Positions 22,701 to 30,155 are shown, counted from the first letter of the stretch. The stretch: DNA of 64,000 nucleotides from an uncultured Chlamydiae bacterium (GCA_963830365.1 CAWHMU010000045.1:32001-96000); one strand, 5' to 3'. The notes: generated from the letters alone by a model not told the origin. A program made the numbers and translations.

Positions 22701-22870
22701 GATAAGGGGAAATGTCGATTAATTTCAATGGTATGGTCTTTTTTATGGTAAATAGTGGCAAAACGTGAAAACTTTCGCTTCTTTAGTTCAGCAAGAACCG
22801 ACTTAGCAGTTGAAAATTCTTGATAAAAACCAAGGGCTATATTTCTCTTATTCATCGTATTGCTCCCCAC
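13766..22870 (-). CDS. ndvB: Cyclic beta-1,2-glucan synthase (Cgs/NdvB/ChvB type: GT84 plus C-terminal GH94 phosphorylase)
   Basis: 3034 aa; GWERKRGKL, VITLDADT, GKGIYD, LLSHDLIEG, RQHRWMRGDWQ, PPDNYQ, LSWGGTMFEYLMP, WGISES, QSSGAYGFRDQLQD, GDWNDG, ENGGQYTH, WTWYTGSA. Start may be the ATG at 22855. Confidence 0.93.
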   Translation of the reverse strand: MGSNTMNKRNIALGFYQEFSTAKSVLAELKKRKFSRFATIYHKKDHTIEINRHFPLSNLVIPIIGAISIACLILLNYFSILAFSWLAVVAGVSTIIATVGIYTCWRFSELIDAEMINCFKNRVVVNEILIIAHVNYADVREVLGVLREVKSGHPVTFLLRPAMFEEGNVEIPSEPMTLEKLREEASKLAISLQRTSTGGDDGRSLMQRLQKSNRMLQFLRRDIADAEYIEQTIPSSAEWLLDNMYVLEGGIEDVKLNMPKKYHKELPKILNGPLTGLPRIYALAIELVKHTVGGLTRENITAFLDSYQSDHPLTIGELWAFPLMLRLRLIEWVEFLAIHVDNRMREGELASFWGNRLLNAAHHDPKRLPVFLADLSTEQTSFSGHFAEELLDHLFDEEAILPMVREWLEERFRLPLDEILHQEHLDETSEQVVFSSAIRSLITLSQLSWPDIFETVSPVDTILREDFTGIYAKMDFTTRNCYREAIEEMARRVNLKEVDIANTTLSLSHEGVKAYEQHVGYYLIDAGRQALELRIGYRPTVFQTINRWITKNPASVYLGGITLMTLLLESVLFSFLFKANHNFFQIAFFLIMSLLPISELSLQFVNLILTILLPTPLRPKMLFETGIPPEHKTLVVVPMMLLTPETICEEINRLEIRYLANTDPLLNFGLFSDFSDAKQQHAESDASLLKIAVDGLQALADKYGEGKFFLFHRQRIWSKSENAWIGWERKRGKLEYLNRFLMGETLPENIVYLGKANALKGTRYVITLDADTQLPKDQARALVEVLSHPLNRPYLTANKNKLARGYTIIQPRVGTDFIHAKASWFCKIFSEPTAVDPYTQAISNVYQDLVGEGSYHGKGIYDVAAFHSILSHHFPEEHLLSHDLIEGAFVRVGFASNICLFDIHPKDYLSWAKRQHRWMRGDWQIIDWLAPKVPMQNGKTEVNTLSWLNRWKIFDNLRRALLPIALVLLLTAAWISSPVPGVLTGLALFVLLLPSISLCIRKLCTYSFFPIKSFLMELKLLSLRSLITIALLPFEAFLSLDACLRVAFRRLISHQNLLQWTTGEYICNGLKIHQKFVLQVAGVSLFAVMILGTIISFDPLAELIALPFCLLWMAAPFIIHVIDKPLAKRIDENLSELDKKILRKIGRKTWRFFDELVGANTHWLPPDNYQTALNIEIAQRTSPTNIGMWLLAVMNAYDFKYITCDIFIDKTLATIHELKKLERYEGHFLNWYNIQTLDPLFPRYVSTVDSGNFLACIWTLKQGMNEMISSSIIPTDALSGIKDTIDILQETNKSTKIEEARHLFDTAESNDLSHFMAIVKGALKVVQGLSVEKVEAYWLKQLEEQLMGWESIISRYFNWVEILNALPLAHLHLIDPQASLWRDQALSWHASLEMLARKNSLPALAKLMAGAERADLPNEIKAWGKKLQEALATAQWFAGEKIGLVAELIKEIEHFSQEMDLQFLYKIDRKLFAIGYNVDARKLDTSYYDLLASEARIASFVAIAKGDVPVEHWWSLGRLYSIVRGRKVLLSWGGTMFEYLMPLIFNKQYSDSLIGEACHAAVDCQIDYGKKRGIPWGISESAFSAIDAYKIYQYKSFGVPELGLKRGLEDDLVVSPYSSVLALAVKLKSAIKNLKKMAEKNHFNLMGPYGYYESMDFTRQRNPAGERGVIVYVYMAHHQGMIFATINNILNNEVLINRFQKDPRICGVNSLLYERIPLSSPIKVIGSRKEPILRRLEPFSQIPIMGVVETTESVTPKINLLSNEKYSLMITNTGGGYSRCGDVEIYRWRADTTRDAWGSFCYIKDLKSREVWSAAYQPTQTSGKEYSVNFKGDKAEFRRKDHQIETLTEIVVSPEDNAEIRLITLVNHSTETRYIELTSYLELSLAPHLTDRAHPCFNKLFIETEAVPEASALLGFRRLRSPDDLPIWAVHVLATNPTSGEVQYETDRDRFIGRGKSLKHPAALEGDLSNTTGTVLDPIFSLRGRVVIEPGRRVQFSFVTAVSDNRTSAIALIEKYKDIAASHRAIELAWNYSQLELRHLRIHQEEVQLFQKLASRLIYPHVQFRSVEDRLRKNRLGQPGLWAQGISGDLPIVVVTVGDIYDVDLVKQLLIAHAFWCLRGLKVDLIIFNDEETGYTQPLQEHLQAQVQAHSYRSQINKPGGVFLRNTDHVPPDELNLIFSVAHVVLIASRGLLRQQLVSPKAKVTYPPKLIVNEKVKDEPSRPLPFLELPYFNGLGGYTADGRSYVIYLGPHTNTPAPWINVLSNPQFGTLVSEAGLGCTWYGNSQTNRLTPWSNDPLLNPISDTIYIRDEEMGTVWTPTPAPIRELDAYRISHSQGYTRFEHNSHGIEQELLVFVPVDDEGGLPLRIQRLRLTNHSSHRRRLTLTAYTEWVLGGDREETQIHVITEWDAESNALFAYNRYHPDFGGHVAFSCSIRPIASYSGDRTEFLGRNRSTASPEALSRKSLSGHTGASLDPCSALQVLLEIDPGKEEEEVVFIMGYAPDAAAARQLISQCRMPARIDQLLSDTQSWWDKTLETIQIDVPDKATNFLMNRWLIYQDLSCRFWGRTAFYQSSGAYGFRDQLQDSMALVYSVPNIAREYILKAASRQFVEGDVQHWWHPQSGAGVRTRCSDDLLWLPFVTAHYVRITGDAGILNEKISFLEGDRLADDQEEISQVPNISKEAASLLEHCRRAINKGITAGPHGLPLIGTGDWNDGMNLVGVHGKGESVWLAWFLIHVMNDFADLLAFSNGDKQAGDGFRVAARRLAEVVEATAWDGAWYVRAYFDDGTPLGSKENSEASIDSLPQSWAVIAGLANPERMAVALNSAEEYLVKAKNNLVLLLTPPFDKMPLNPGYIKGYPPGVRENGGQYTHGSSWLAMAYARSGNGNKAVDLLRMVSPTLHTPTAEANELYKVEPYVIAGDIYDLKNQVGRGGWTWYTGSASLVYRVWLEEILGFKLRGQTLSLNCSIPKEWDQFKLKYRYKTSLYDITMTNPHHLSSGNPSITLDGVLLSSLEIPLLDDGGQHKVSIVLNP

Positions 22871-23169
22871 AGGAACTGGCGCTACCAGATGCCTCTTAAA
22901 AACGGAATATAGATATTTTGAATGTTTATAGCACCTACATTCTGGACTTTGCGGAATTAGTCAGTTTCTATTTCTTAAGTAATTAAATGTTAGTTTCATC
23001 CAATAAATTCCAGCTAACATAAAAAGTTGAAGATTGCACCGATGCCGTAATTTATCAGAAAAGAGGATCATCCGGTTTTGTAGGACTCATTATCGGCCAT
23101 TGGTTTAATTTCGTCCGAAAAAGAAAAAAGAAGAACCCCTTCCGGGGTTTATATGAGGACATTCTTGTT

Positions 23170-23336
23170 CCCATACCTGCGGCTCCGCTGCCGCTCCACC
23201 TTGGTATGGGCTACAGAATGAGAGAAAAAGGGCAAAAAAGATAGCATCCACGCCCTCTTTTTTGCCCTTTTTCTCTCATTCTGTAGCCCGTAGCCAAGGC
23301 TCGCGAGCAGCAGCGAAGACGAGCCACAGCTACGGG
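23170..23336. repeat. Pair of inverted GTAG-type REP-like units
   Basis: GGGCTACAGAATGAGAGAAAAAGGGCAAAAAAGA followed after a short spacer by its reverse complement TCTTTTTTGCCCTTTTTCTCTCATTCTGTAGCCC; each is attached to a GC-rich hairpin. Confidence 0.75.
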
Positions 23337-23491
23337 AAACGCAATGTATATGAAGTTAACCCCGGATGTGACAATTGCATAAGTGACAATAAATTTGTTT
23401 ATAACATAAATTTATTGCCTTTTCCCTAAAAAAACACGGATTTTTGGGAAAGGTTCAAAAGCAGGTAATACTCAAAAAATTTAAGATGATG

Positions 23492-23798
23492 GTAGGATGC
23501 CAGGAAACATCTTTTTTGCCCTTTTTCTCTCATTATGTAGCCCACACCAAGGCGGAGGAACGGAGCCGCAGGTGTGGGAAAAAATTGTAAGTGATTAACC
23601 AGGGACTGGTTCTTCTTTTTATCTTTGGTCGAGATTAAACTTAAAGCCTTTTGAATCAAGGGCAAAAAAAAGAAGAACCAGTCCCTGGTTAGTTTATAAT
23701 TCTCATTATACCCACACCTGCGGCTTCGTTCCTCCGCCTTGGTGTGGGCTACATAATGAGAGAAAAAGGGCAAAAAAGATGTTTCTTGGCCATTCTAC
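23492..23798. repeat. ~300-bp imperfect palindrome (REPIN-like)
   Basis: Arm CATCTTTTTTGCCCTTTTTCTCTCATTATGTAGCCCACACCAAGGCGGAGGAACGGAGCCGCAGGTGTGGG and its near-perfect reverse complement, plus inner IR AACCAGGGACTGGTTCTTCTTTTT / AAAAAGAAGAACCAGTCCCTGGTT. Confidence 0.85.
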
Positions 23799-24086
23799 AA
23801 TCTTGTTTTTTCGTTAGTGGTAACAATCACTAAGAATGACCCACCTCGCGATCACTTAGAATGACCCACTTGGCGGTTTCTTTTGAAAATTGAAGTGTCG
23901 ATCACCGAGAATGACCCACCCTGCAATCACTAAGAATGACCCACTTGGCGGTTGCTCTTGATGTGCTCGGTGTCGATCACTTAGAATGACCCACCTCCAA
24001 AAACACGCAAAACAACCCTCTATCTTCAAGGGTCCTTCAAACTAACGAAAAATCCTAAATACTACTTAGTTGTCCAATTTGGTTTG

Positions 24087-24854
24087 TTATTGTTGCGTTT
24101 TCTTTACTTTCGCGCAAGTTTTTTTGAACTCGGCCAATCGGTAGCTGTCACCTTCCACAATGACCTGTACCCCTCTATGAACCAGTCTATCCAAAGCAGC
24201 TGTTCCAATCAATGGATTAGCAAAAATGCTAGGCCATTCATCGAAATCTCTGTTACTTGTGATGATCATCGAGTTCTTTTCATACCTTTCGGCAATTAAT
24301 TGATATAAATCCTGCTGCTGTGCCTCGTTAATGGCTTGTAAGCCAAAATCATCTAGGATTAACAGGGGCGTTTTAATTACCTGAGCAAGCCTCTTTTTAT
24401 GTGTTCCATCACCTCGCCCTGCATATATCCACTCAAAGAGCTGGTATGTACAGTAAAAAAGCACATCATATCCCCTACGGCATATCTGATGCCCTAACCC
24501 TTGTGCTAAATGGCTTTTCCCTACACCGCTAGGGCCGAGGATGAAGATGTTTTGTTTTTTTTCAATGAAGCCTCCTGCAGATAACTCCCGAATTATCGCG
24601 GTAGGGGCCTTTGGATTGAATTCAAAGTTGAAGGTCTCGATGGTCTTATCAGGGTCTAATCGACTCTTAGCCATCCTTAAAAGCAGTTGCTTGTTTTCTC
24701 TGCGTTCGATCTCATCCGATAGCAGTATCTCAAGAAATGTTGAGTAGGCCCATTTTTCTTTCATAGCCTCTTCCAACCGTTGTGCTAGCGTTGTTGATAT
24801 TCCCGTCATTTTCAAACGGCTCAGTTTTTTGGCGATAAGTTCGGTGCAATCCAT
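24087..24854 (-). CDS. istB: IS21 helper AAA+ ATPase IstB
   Basis: Walker A GPSGVGKSH, Walker B LLILDDFG, ITSN, LDRLVH, GDSYR. Confidence 0.95.
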   Translation of the reverse strand: MDCTELIAKKLSRLKMTGISTTLAQRLEEAMKEKWAYSTFLEILLSDEIERRENKQLLLRMAKSRLDPDKTIETFNFEFNPKAPTAIIRELSAGGFIEKKQNIFILGPSGVGKSHLAQGLGHQICRRGYDVLFYCTYQLFEWIYAGRGDGTHKKRLAQVIKTPLLILDDFGLQAINEAQQQDLYQLIAERYEKNSMIITSNRDFDEWPSIFANPLIGTAALDRLVHRGVQVIVEGDSYRLAEFKKTCAKVKKTQQ

Positions 24855-24919
24855 TTTTTCTCCTTGGGTTTATGACACCTGCTTGGCAGGCTCCACTTTA
24901 TTGAAAATTATTTTTTCTG

Positions 24920-26593
24920 TTACAGGACAACCTCTCTTGTGATCTGATCTGCCAGTAGAGCTTCATAAGCCCCCATCATTGCGTTTCCAGAGGTCGACAT
25001 AGGATGGAGCCTCACCAGCTTTTCTTCAAACGTCTCTGAACATGAGTAAGTAGTCTTGTAATCAGCGGGATCTCTGGCAAATCGAAGAGGCTCTATGGAG
25101 GATGCTCCTTTTGCAACTGAGTTATCCAAAGCCTCTGTTTGCAATTTCTTTTCCAAAATACTTTTGACGCTGGCATATGAGAATAGCTTGCAAGTTAGTG
25201 CCCTCTCACAAGCAAGTTCCAGGTCTCTTATGGAGTAATTTTCTTTTAATTTGAGGAGACATCGAACGGGTTTCAGCTTGTCTACTAACGGATGGTTGAG
25301 GATCTCCTTAACCATCTGATGGGTAAATGGACCAATCGCTTCAGATAAATCAATCAATCCTTCCCTTGTGCATTGCAAAACAGCTTCTTTGAATGGAGGG
25401 GCATGCTCAGATTTACGTTTATAGTCCCACTTCTTGGTTGTTCTGCCGTGCAATGCCACTTCTTTGCTTTCGTAAAAGATTCGCAACAATGAATCTGTCA
25501 CACATACTTGAACGGTTTTTCCTATCAATTGATATGGAACAGAGTAAAATGCGCCGTCAACCATAATGCGCCAATCTCTTCGCACATTGCATTGTCTCCA
25601 TGAAGTTTGTTCCCAGCGAGTTTTAGGAAGAGGACCTAAGGCAATTTTCTCCTCAGAATTAAAAATCTCTAAAGGAGTTCGACCTACGCCATAGATAATT
25701 CTCTTATCAGCAACCTCTCGACACCAACTTTCAAGAGCATTTTTAAGATCACTAATAGAAGACGTTTCGATTTCCAGTATTTTTTGGTTAGCAAGAAAAT
25801 AAGCGAGAAAGTTTCTTTTTACGTACTTGACATCTCCTTCAACCCCACCTTTGTGCTCAGGAGTTCGTGGTGCGCAGGGGGCTATGACAAAGCCATAATG
25901 TTCTGCAAAATCCTGATAGCTGCGGTTAATCATGTCATTATCTGTTGTAGGTCGTATAACAGCGGCCTTTAAATTGTCTGGAATACATTTCTTTGGCACC
26001 CCATGAAAGTATTCAAAGGCATTGATATGGCCTTTAAGAAAAGTCGATAGCGTTTGATCCAGAACAATCTCTCGATGTGCCTGCCTGGAATGTCGAAGGC
26101 GAAGAGAAAATAGCCAAACTCTTTTAATGACTCCAGCGTCATCGCGAAAACGTCCAAGTTCACCAAAATCAAGTTCTAGATCACTACCAGGGGTGGTTGA
26201 TCGTACCATAATAGGGTCAATTGGATTGGGGAAATGCTTCGCTCGGTATCGTCTGATTGCCTGCACATCACAGATACATTTGTCCTTCAACAACTGATGG
26301 ATAACAATAGAGGAAAGTCCATCCTTATTCCAGGCTTCTAGCTGCTCTTTATGCTCGTCAAGTGGATGAGATCGGTCTTTTGTCTTTACATTCCACTTAT
26401 CTGTGATTTCTTCATCGCTTGGCATAGGAGCCTCTGAGTCTAGCCAATGCTGGATATGAGATAATTCCTGTACTGCTCTGATGATTGTCCGATGTATGCC
26501 GAGCTCTCGTTGGATCTGTCTTTGAGATTGACCAATCTTAAGGCGCTGAATGATGCTACGAATTTGAGTCATTGTCTTTACTTTTCCTTTCAT
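24920..26593 (-). CDS. istA: IS21 DDE transposase IstA
   Basis: N-terminal HTH, ELDFG, PDNLKAAV, P..P.HKGGVEGDV, YSVPY. Confidence 0.95.
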   Translation of the reverse strand: MKGKVKTMTQIRSIIQRLKIGQSQRQIQRELGIHRTIIRAVQELSHIQHWLDSEAPMPSDEEITDKWNVKTKDRSHPLDEHKEQLEAWNKDGLSSIVIHQLLKDKCICDVQAIRRYRAKHFPNPIDPIMVRSTTPGSDLELDFGELGRFRDDAGVIKRVWLFSLRLRHSRQAHREIVLDQTLSTFLKGHINAFEYFHGVPKKCIPDNLKAAVIRPTTDNDMINRSYQDFAEHYGFVIAPCAPRTPEHKGGVEGDVKYVKRNFLAYFLANQKILEIETSSISDLKNALESWCREVADKRIIYGVGRTPLEIFNSEEKIALGPLPKTRWEQTSWRQCNVRRDWRIMVDGAFYSVPYQLIGKTVQVCVTDSLLRIFYESKEVALHGRTTKKWDYKRKSEHAPPFKEAVLQCTREGLIDLSEAIGPFTHQMVKEILNHPLVDKLKPVRCLLKLKENYSIRDLELACERALTCKLFSYASVKSILEKKLQTEALDNSVAKGASSIEPLRFARDPADYKTTYSCSETFEEKLVRLHPMSTSGNAMMGAYEALLADQITREVVL

Positions 26594-27055
26594 GTGTATG
26601 CCTTGCGTTAAGTTGAGGCCTGGAGTTTAGTCGTGGCTTCATCAAAACGCGTTAGTAAAAATCAGTATCGAAGGAAGTTAAGCCCTTAATTTGAAAATAG
26701 TAGTGGGTCATTCTAAGTGATCGCGAACGAGTATTGCCGATCACGACCGCCAAGTGGGTCATTCTAAGTGATTGGAAGGTGGGTCATTCTTAGTGATCGA
26801 CAGACGACCTCATCAGGCGCTGCCGCCAAGTGGGTCGTTCTAAGTGATCGCGAGGGTGGGTCATTCTAAGTGATCGCCAAGTGGGTCATTCTTAGTGATT
26901 GTTACCAGTTAGTGTAACCGACATTTCTCTTTTTTTAAACCATGCCGATTTTTGAGTATTTTGAGTGTTCTAGGATAGATTCTTTTCGATCCCGGATATG
27001 ATTGGCTTCCAAAGAATCGCTGTATAACACACAAAACACTTATGCAATTGCCTCG

Positions 27056-27114
27056 TAGGGGTTCTTCTCTTTAGATACTTCCACCTTAATAGATTATAAA
27101 GAGAAGAACCCCTA
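27056..27114. repeat. Hairpin between two back-to-back element ends
   Basis: TAGGGGTTCTTCTCTTTA ... TAAAGAGAAGAACCCCTA (18-bp stem). Confidence 0.7.
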
Positions 27115-27116
27115 GG

Positions 27117-27402
27117 GAGACAATTGCAGAAGTGACAATATATTATTTTAAATAATCATTGCAATAAAAAGGCTCCACAAGGTATTATGAGGCTTCTTAC
27201 AAACTCAGTACCGAGGGAGCCAAAAATGTCTTTCAGAGAAACTTTATCAAAATTCTGGTCTAATGTCCAATACACTCTTTTCCCTAAGATGGAAGAATCG
27301 CTAGGAGAGTTGTCTAAAACCCATAAACGATTGATAGCTATTTTAGAATTGGTGTGTATCGAAGAGTTTATTCCTTCGACGAGATTCAACGATGGAAGAC
27401 CT
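27117..27402 (+). pseudogene. Left end plus N-terminal fragment of a DDE transposase (IS5/IS1182-like), truncated where IS3 begins
   Basis: Terminus GAGACAATTGCAGAAGTG, then MSFRETLSKFWSNVQYTLFP...LIAILELVCIEEFIP...GRP; the frame stops at the first bases of the IS3 IR. Family assignment is tentative. Confidence 0.5.
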
Positions 27403-27585
27403 TAAAGTGGTCCCCTTTGTCTAGACAAAAAATGGGAAAAGTTAAGCTAATAACCTCAAGTTTTTGTTGTTCTTGCAGCTAAAGGGGGAGTTTGAGGGGG
27501 CTTGCCCCCTCAAGTTCCTTTAAAAATCAAGGTAATCCAAGTCCAACGAAGGCGGAAGGGGGGTAAGGGGGCTTGCCCCCTTTTC

Positions 27586-28428
27586 CTAAAGGCTCTGCCT
27601 AGAAAAATACACCTCCGCAGGCGTTTTATAACCCAGTCCTTGGTGTGGCCTGCTCTCGTTGTAAAACTTAAAATAACTCTTAAGTCCATTACGGACATCT
27701 TTTAAGCTTTCATACCCTTTTGGATAAATCTCTTCATACTTCACGCTTCTCCAGAGCCTTTCAATAAACACATTATCAAGGGCTCTGCCTTTTCCATCCA
27801 TACTGATTCTGACTCCGCCTGCTTCTAATCTCTCTACAAACCGACAGCAGGTGAATTGAACTCCTTGGTCTGTGTTGAATATCTCAGGACTAGCTCGAGA
27901 AAGCCCTCTTTCTAATGCATTAATGCAAAATTCCGCATCCAGCAGATTCGAAAGTTCCCATTCGATCACATACCTGCTAAACCAATCGATGATCGCAAAA
28001 AGGTATCCAAATCCTTTCAACAAAGGAACGTAGGTGATATCTGCAGCCCATGCCAAATCGGGTTTATCTACTACAATCCCTCTTAGTAGGTAAGGAAACT
28101 TTTTATGCTCCTTATTTGCCGCACTCAGATTGGGCTTGGGATAGATTGCTTCTAAACCCATTGTCTGCATCGCCGTTCGAATCCTTTTTCCTCCTACAAA
28201 AAAACCTTGAGCTCTCATTGCTATCGTCATCCGTCTTCTTCCATAGAAGGGAGTTTGAAGATATTGTTCATCAATAGCCCGCATGAGTGCCAAATCTTCC
28301 TCGTTGGGCTGTTTGGCCTTATAATACAACCCAGATCGTGACATTCCAAGCAAATGACACTGACTTGATAGCGACAACTTCTTATGATCTGGCTCTATTA
28401 GAAGTCGTCGAGAATTTAAGTCAAACAT
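27586..28428 (-). CDS. IS3 OrfB integrase-like DDE domain (expressed as OrfAB by -1 frameshift)
   Basis: YGRRRM, WAADITY, FNTDQGVQF, GKGRALDNVFIERLWRSVKYE, YNESRPHQGLGYKTP. Confidence 0.93.
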   Translation of the reverse strand: MFDLNSRRLLIEPDHKKLSLSSQCHLLGMSRSGLYYKAKQPNEEDLALMRAIDEQYLQTPFYGRRRMTIAMRAQGFFVGGKRIRTAMQTMGLEAIYPKPNLSAANKEHKKFPYLLRGIVVDKPDLAWAADITYVPLLKGFGYLFAIIDWFSRYVIEWELSNLLDAEFCINALERGLSRASPEIFNTDQGVQFTCCRFVERLEAGGVRISMDGKGRALDNVFIERLWRSVKYEEIYPKGYESLKDVRNGLKSYFKFYNESRPHQGLGYKTPAEVYFSRQSL

Positions 28429-28715
28429 CCTAACTTTTTTTTAAGCCACTCCACCTCCATTTTAAGACGTCCGATTTGCTCGAAAAGTTCTGCCTTTTCT
28501 TTAACTTCCTGTGCTGTCCCAGTCATCTTGCTCGGTTTTTCAAATACAGTTGTGGCAGTTGATAAAAAGTGTTTTTTCCACTCCGACAACACGATAGGAT
28601 GCACTCCCAGTTCACCGGATAATTGACTTGCAGTCTTTTCTCCCTTCAAAATCTCAAGCACGGCTTTGACTTTAAATTCTGGGGGATATTTTTTTCTTGT
28701 TCGGCTCATTTTCAC
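28416..28715 (-). CDS. IS3 OrfA (HTH plus leucine zipper)
   Basis: RKKYPPEFKVKAV, ELGVHP...WKK, LFEQIGRLKMEVEWLKKK. Confidence 0.92.
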   Translation of the reverse strand: MKMSRTRKKYPPEFKVKAVLEILKGEKTASQLSGELGVHPIVLSEWKKHFLSTATTVFEKPSKMTGTAQEVKEKAELFEQIGRLKMEVEWLKKKLGCLT

Positions 28716-28841
28716 CTCTTTTCTTAAAGAGGGTATTAGCTTAGACCATTGTCCAAATTTCCGGGACCATTATACCTTTTGTTAAAATATTTTGTATGTT
28801 ACATAAAAGATACCATCTATCCAAAGTAAACAAGGTCTTTT

Positions 28842-30155
28842 ATGACACAAATGATCAATATCTGTTCTTCACCGACAAAAGCCAAGCGATCCGTGGACAT
28901 GAATTATGTCAACACAATTATTCTCGCGGGGGGGAATGGTACACGGCTTGAACCGCTTACAAAGACGCGCTGTAAGCCGGCTGTTTGTTTCGGAGGCAAA
29001 TATCGTTTGATTGACATTCCTATATCGAATGCCATTCATTCGGGCTGCTCTAAAATTTTCGTTATCTCCCAATATCTTTCGTCTTCTCTTAACCAGCACA
29101 TCTTTAACACGTATCATCCAGGCGCCTTTTCTTCTACTGCTATAGAGCTTATATCAGCCGAACAAAGACACGCGCAAAAGTCATGGTTTCAGGGAACGGC
29201 GTGCGCTATTCGACAAAATCTGCATCATTTCACTGAAACTCCGGCAGAGTATTTTCTGATTTTGTCTGGCGATCAGATATATAATATGGATTTCCAGCAC
29301 CTCATGAATTTTGCAAAAGAGACCAATGCCGATCTCGTCATTGCAGCATTACCTGTGAATGAGGAAGATGCAAAGCGGATGGGGGTTATGAAGGTGCATC
29401 CAGACTACTCTGTGGCAGAGTTCCATGAGAAGCCTCAAGCACAAGAACATATAAATAGTTTGCGTCTTCCTTTATCTACTTTGGAACAGATGATGGAGGG
29501 TGAGATTGGCAATCGGCAATTTCTTGGTTCGATGGGAATTTATGTATTCAAAAGGCAGGCCTTATTAGACTTGTTGGCCTGTGATGCGCGTGAAGATTTT
29601 GGCAAACATCTGATTCCAACTAAAGTGAGCCAAGGCAATGTCGTGGTTTATCCCCACAATGGCTACTGGGAAGATATCGGCACAATAAAATCTTTTTTTA
29701 AAGCTAACATTGCCCTGACGGCATCTGACCCTGATTTCAATTTTGGCGAAGAAAAAAAACATATTTTCTTCAGGCAGCATTACCTGCCAGCTCCAAAGAT
29801 CGCTAGTTCATCAATTATGAATTCCATTATCTGCGAAGGATCTTTTGTGGAAGCAGCTGAAGTGACAAAGAGTATTATTGGATTGCGGTCGATCGTAAAG
29901 CAAGGCTCCATCATTAGGAATAGCTATATCATAGGCAATGATTTCTACACTTCTTCCATTCAATCAACTCCTTCAATTGGAGAAAACTGCATCATCGATC
30001 ATGCTATCATCGATAAAAATGTGCATATAGGAAAAAACGTGCAGTTGATCAACAAAGATAAATTATTGAACTTCAGCAGCGATAAAATTTGTATTCGAGA
30101 TGGGATTATCGTTGTCCCGCGGGGAGCTCAGCTACCGGATGGATTTATTTTGTGA
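28842..30155 (+). CDS. glgC: Glucose-1-phosphate adenylyltransferase (ADP-glucose pyrophosphorylase)
   Basis: ILAGGNGTRLEPLT..RCKPAVCFGGKYRLIDIP, WFQGTA, ILSGDQIY, EFHEKP, SMGIYVF, DFGKHLIP, GYWEDIGT, C-terminal beta-helix. Start may be the ATG at 28899. Confidence 0.95.
   Translation: MTQMINICSSPTKAKRSVDMNYVNTIILAGGNGTRLEPLTKTRCKPAVCFGGKYRLIDIPISNAIHSGCSKIFVISQYLSSSLNQHIFNTYHPGAFSSTAIELISAEQRHAQKSWFQGTACAIRQNLHHFTETPAEYFLILSGDQIYNMDFQHLMNFAKETNADLVIAALPVNEEDAKRMGVMKVHPDYSVAEFHEKPQAQEHINSLRLPLSTLEQMMEGEIGNRQFLGSMGIYVFKRQALLDLLACDAREDFGKHLIPTKVSQGNVVVYPHNGYWEDIGTIKSFFKANIALTASDPDFNFGEEKKHIFFRQHYLPAPKIASSSIMNSIICEGSFVEAAEVTKSIIGLRSIVKQGSIIRNSYIIGNDFYTSSIQSTPSIGENCIIDHAIIDKNVHIGKNVQLINKDKLLNFSSDKICIRDGIIVVPRGAQLPDGFIL

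Larger units (their letters stand above)
23818..26907 (-). mobile_element. IS21-family insertion sequence (3090 bp)
   Basis: 27-bp perfect terminal IR TGGTAACAATCACTAAGAATGACCCAC; 5-bp DR GTTAG (23813-23817 and 26908-26912); 5 and 6 subterminal copies of ATCAC(T/C)nAGAATGACCCAC; contains istA and istB. Confidence 0.96.
23368..27054. mobile_element. Non-autonomous element (~0.6 kb without the IS21) bounded by IS-like terminal IRs, carrying a REPIN-like palindrome and interrupted by IS21
   Basis: Left GTGACAATTGCATAAGTG (23368) matches the reverse complement of right CACTTATGCAATTGCCTC (ends 27054). The same terminus recurs at 27117 (GAGACAATTGCAGAAGTG) in front of a transposase fragment. Confidence 0.6.
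27403..28774 (-). mobile_element. IS3-family insertion sequence (~1.37 kb)
   Basis: Imperfect IRs TAAAGTGGTCCCCTTTGTCTAGACAA / TATAATGGTCCCGGAAATTTGGACAA (reverse complement); flanking CCT 3-bp DR; orfA/orfB with an A8G slippery site at ~28434-28442. Confidence 0.9.

Noticed and set aside
23426..23773. 115-aa ORF in the palindrome region (similarly 59609-59909)
   Set aside because: Translation of repeat DNA; low complexity, no motifs.
23826..23995. Regularly spaced ~20-bp repeats resembling a mini CRISPR array (also 26704-26900)
   Set aside because: They are inverted at the two ends of an IstA/IstB element with TG...CA termini and a DR; spacing is irregular and there are no cas genes. These are IS21 transposase-binding sites.
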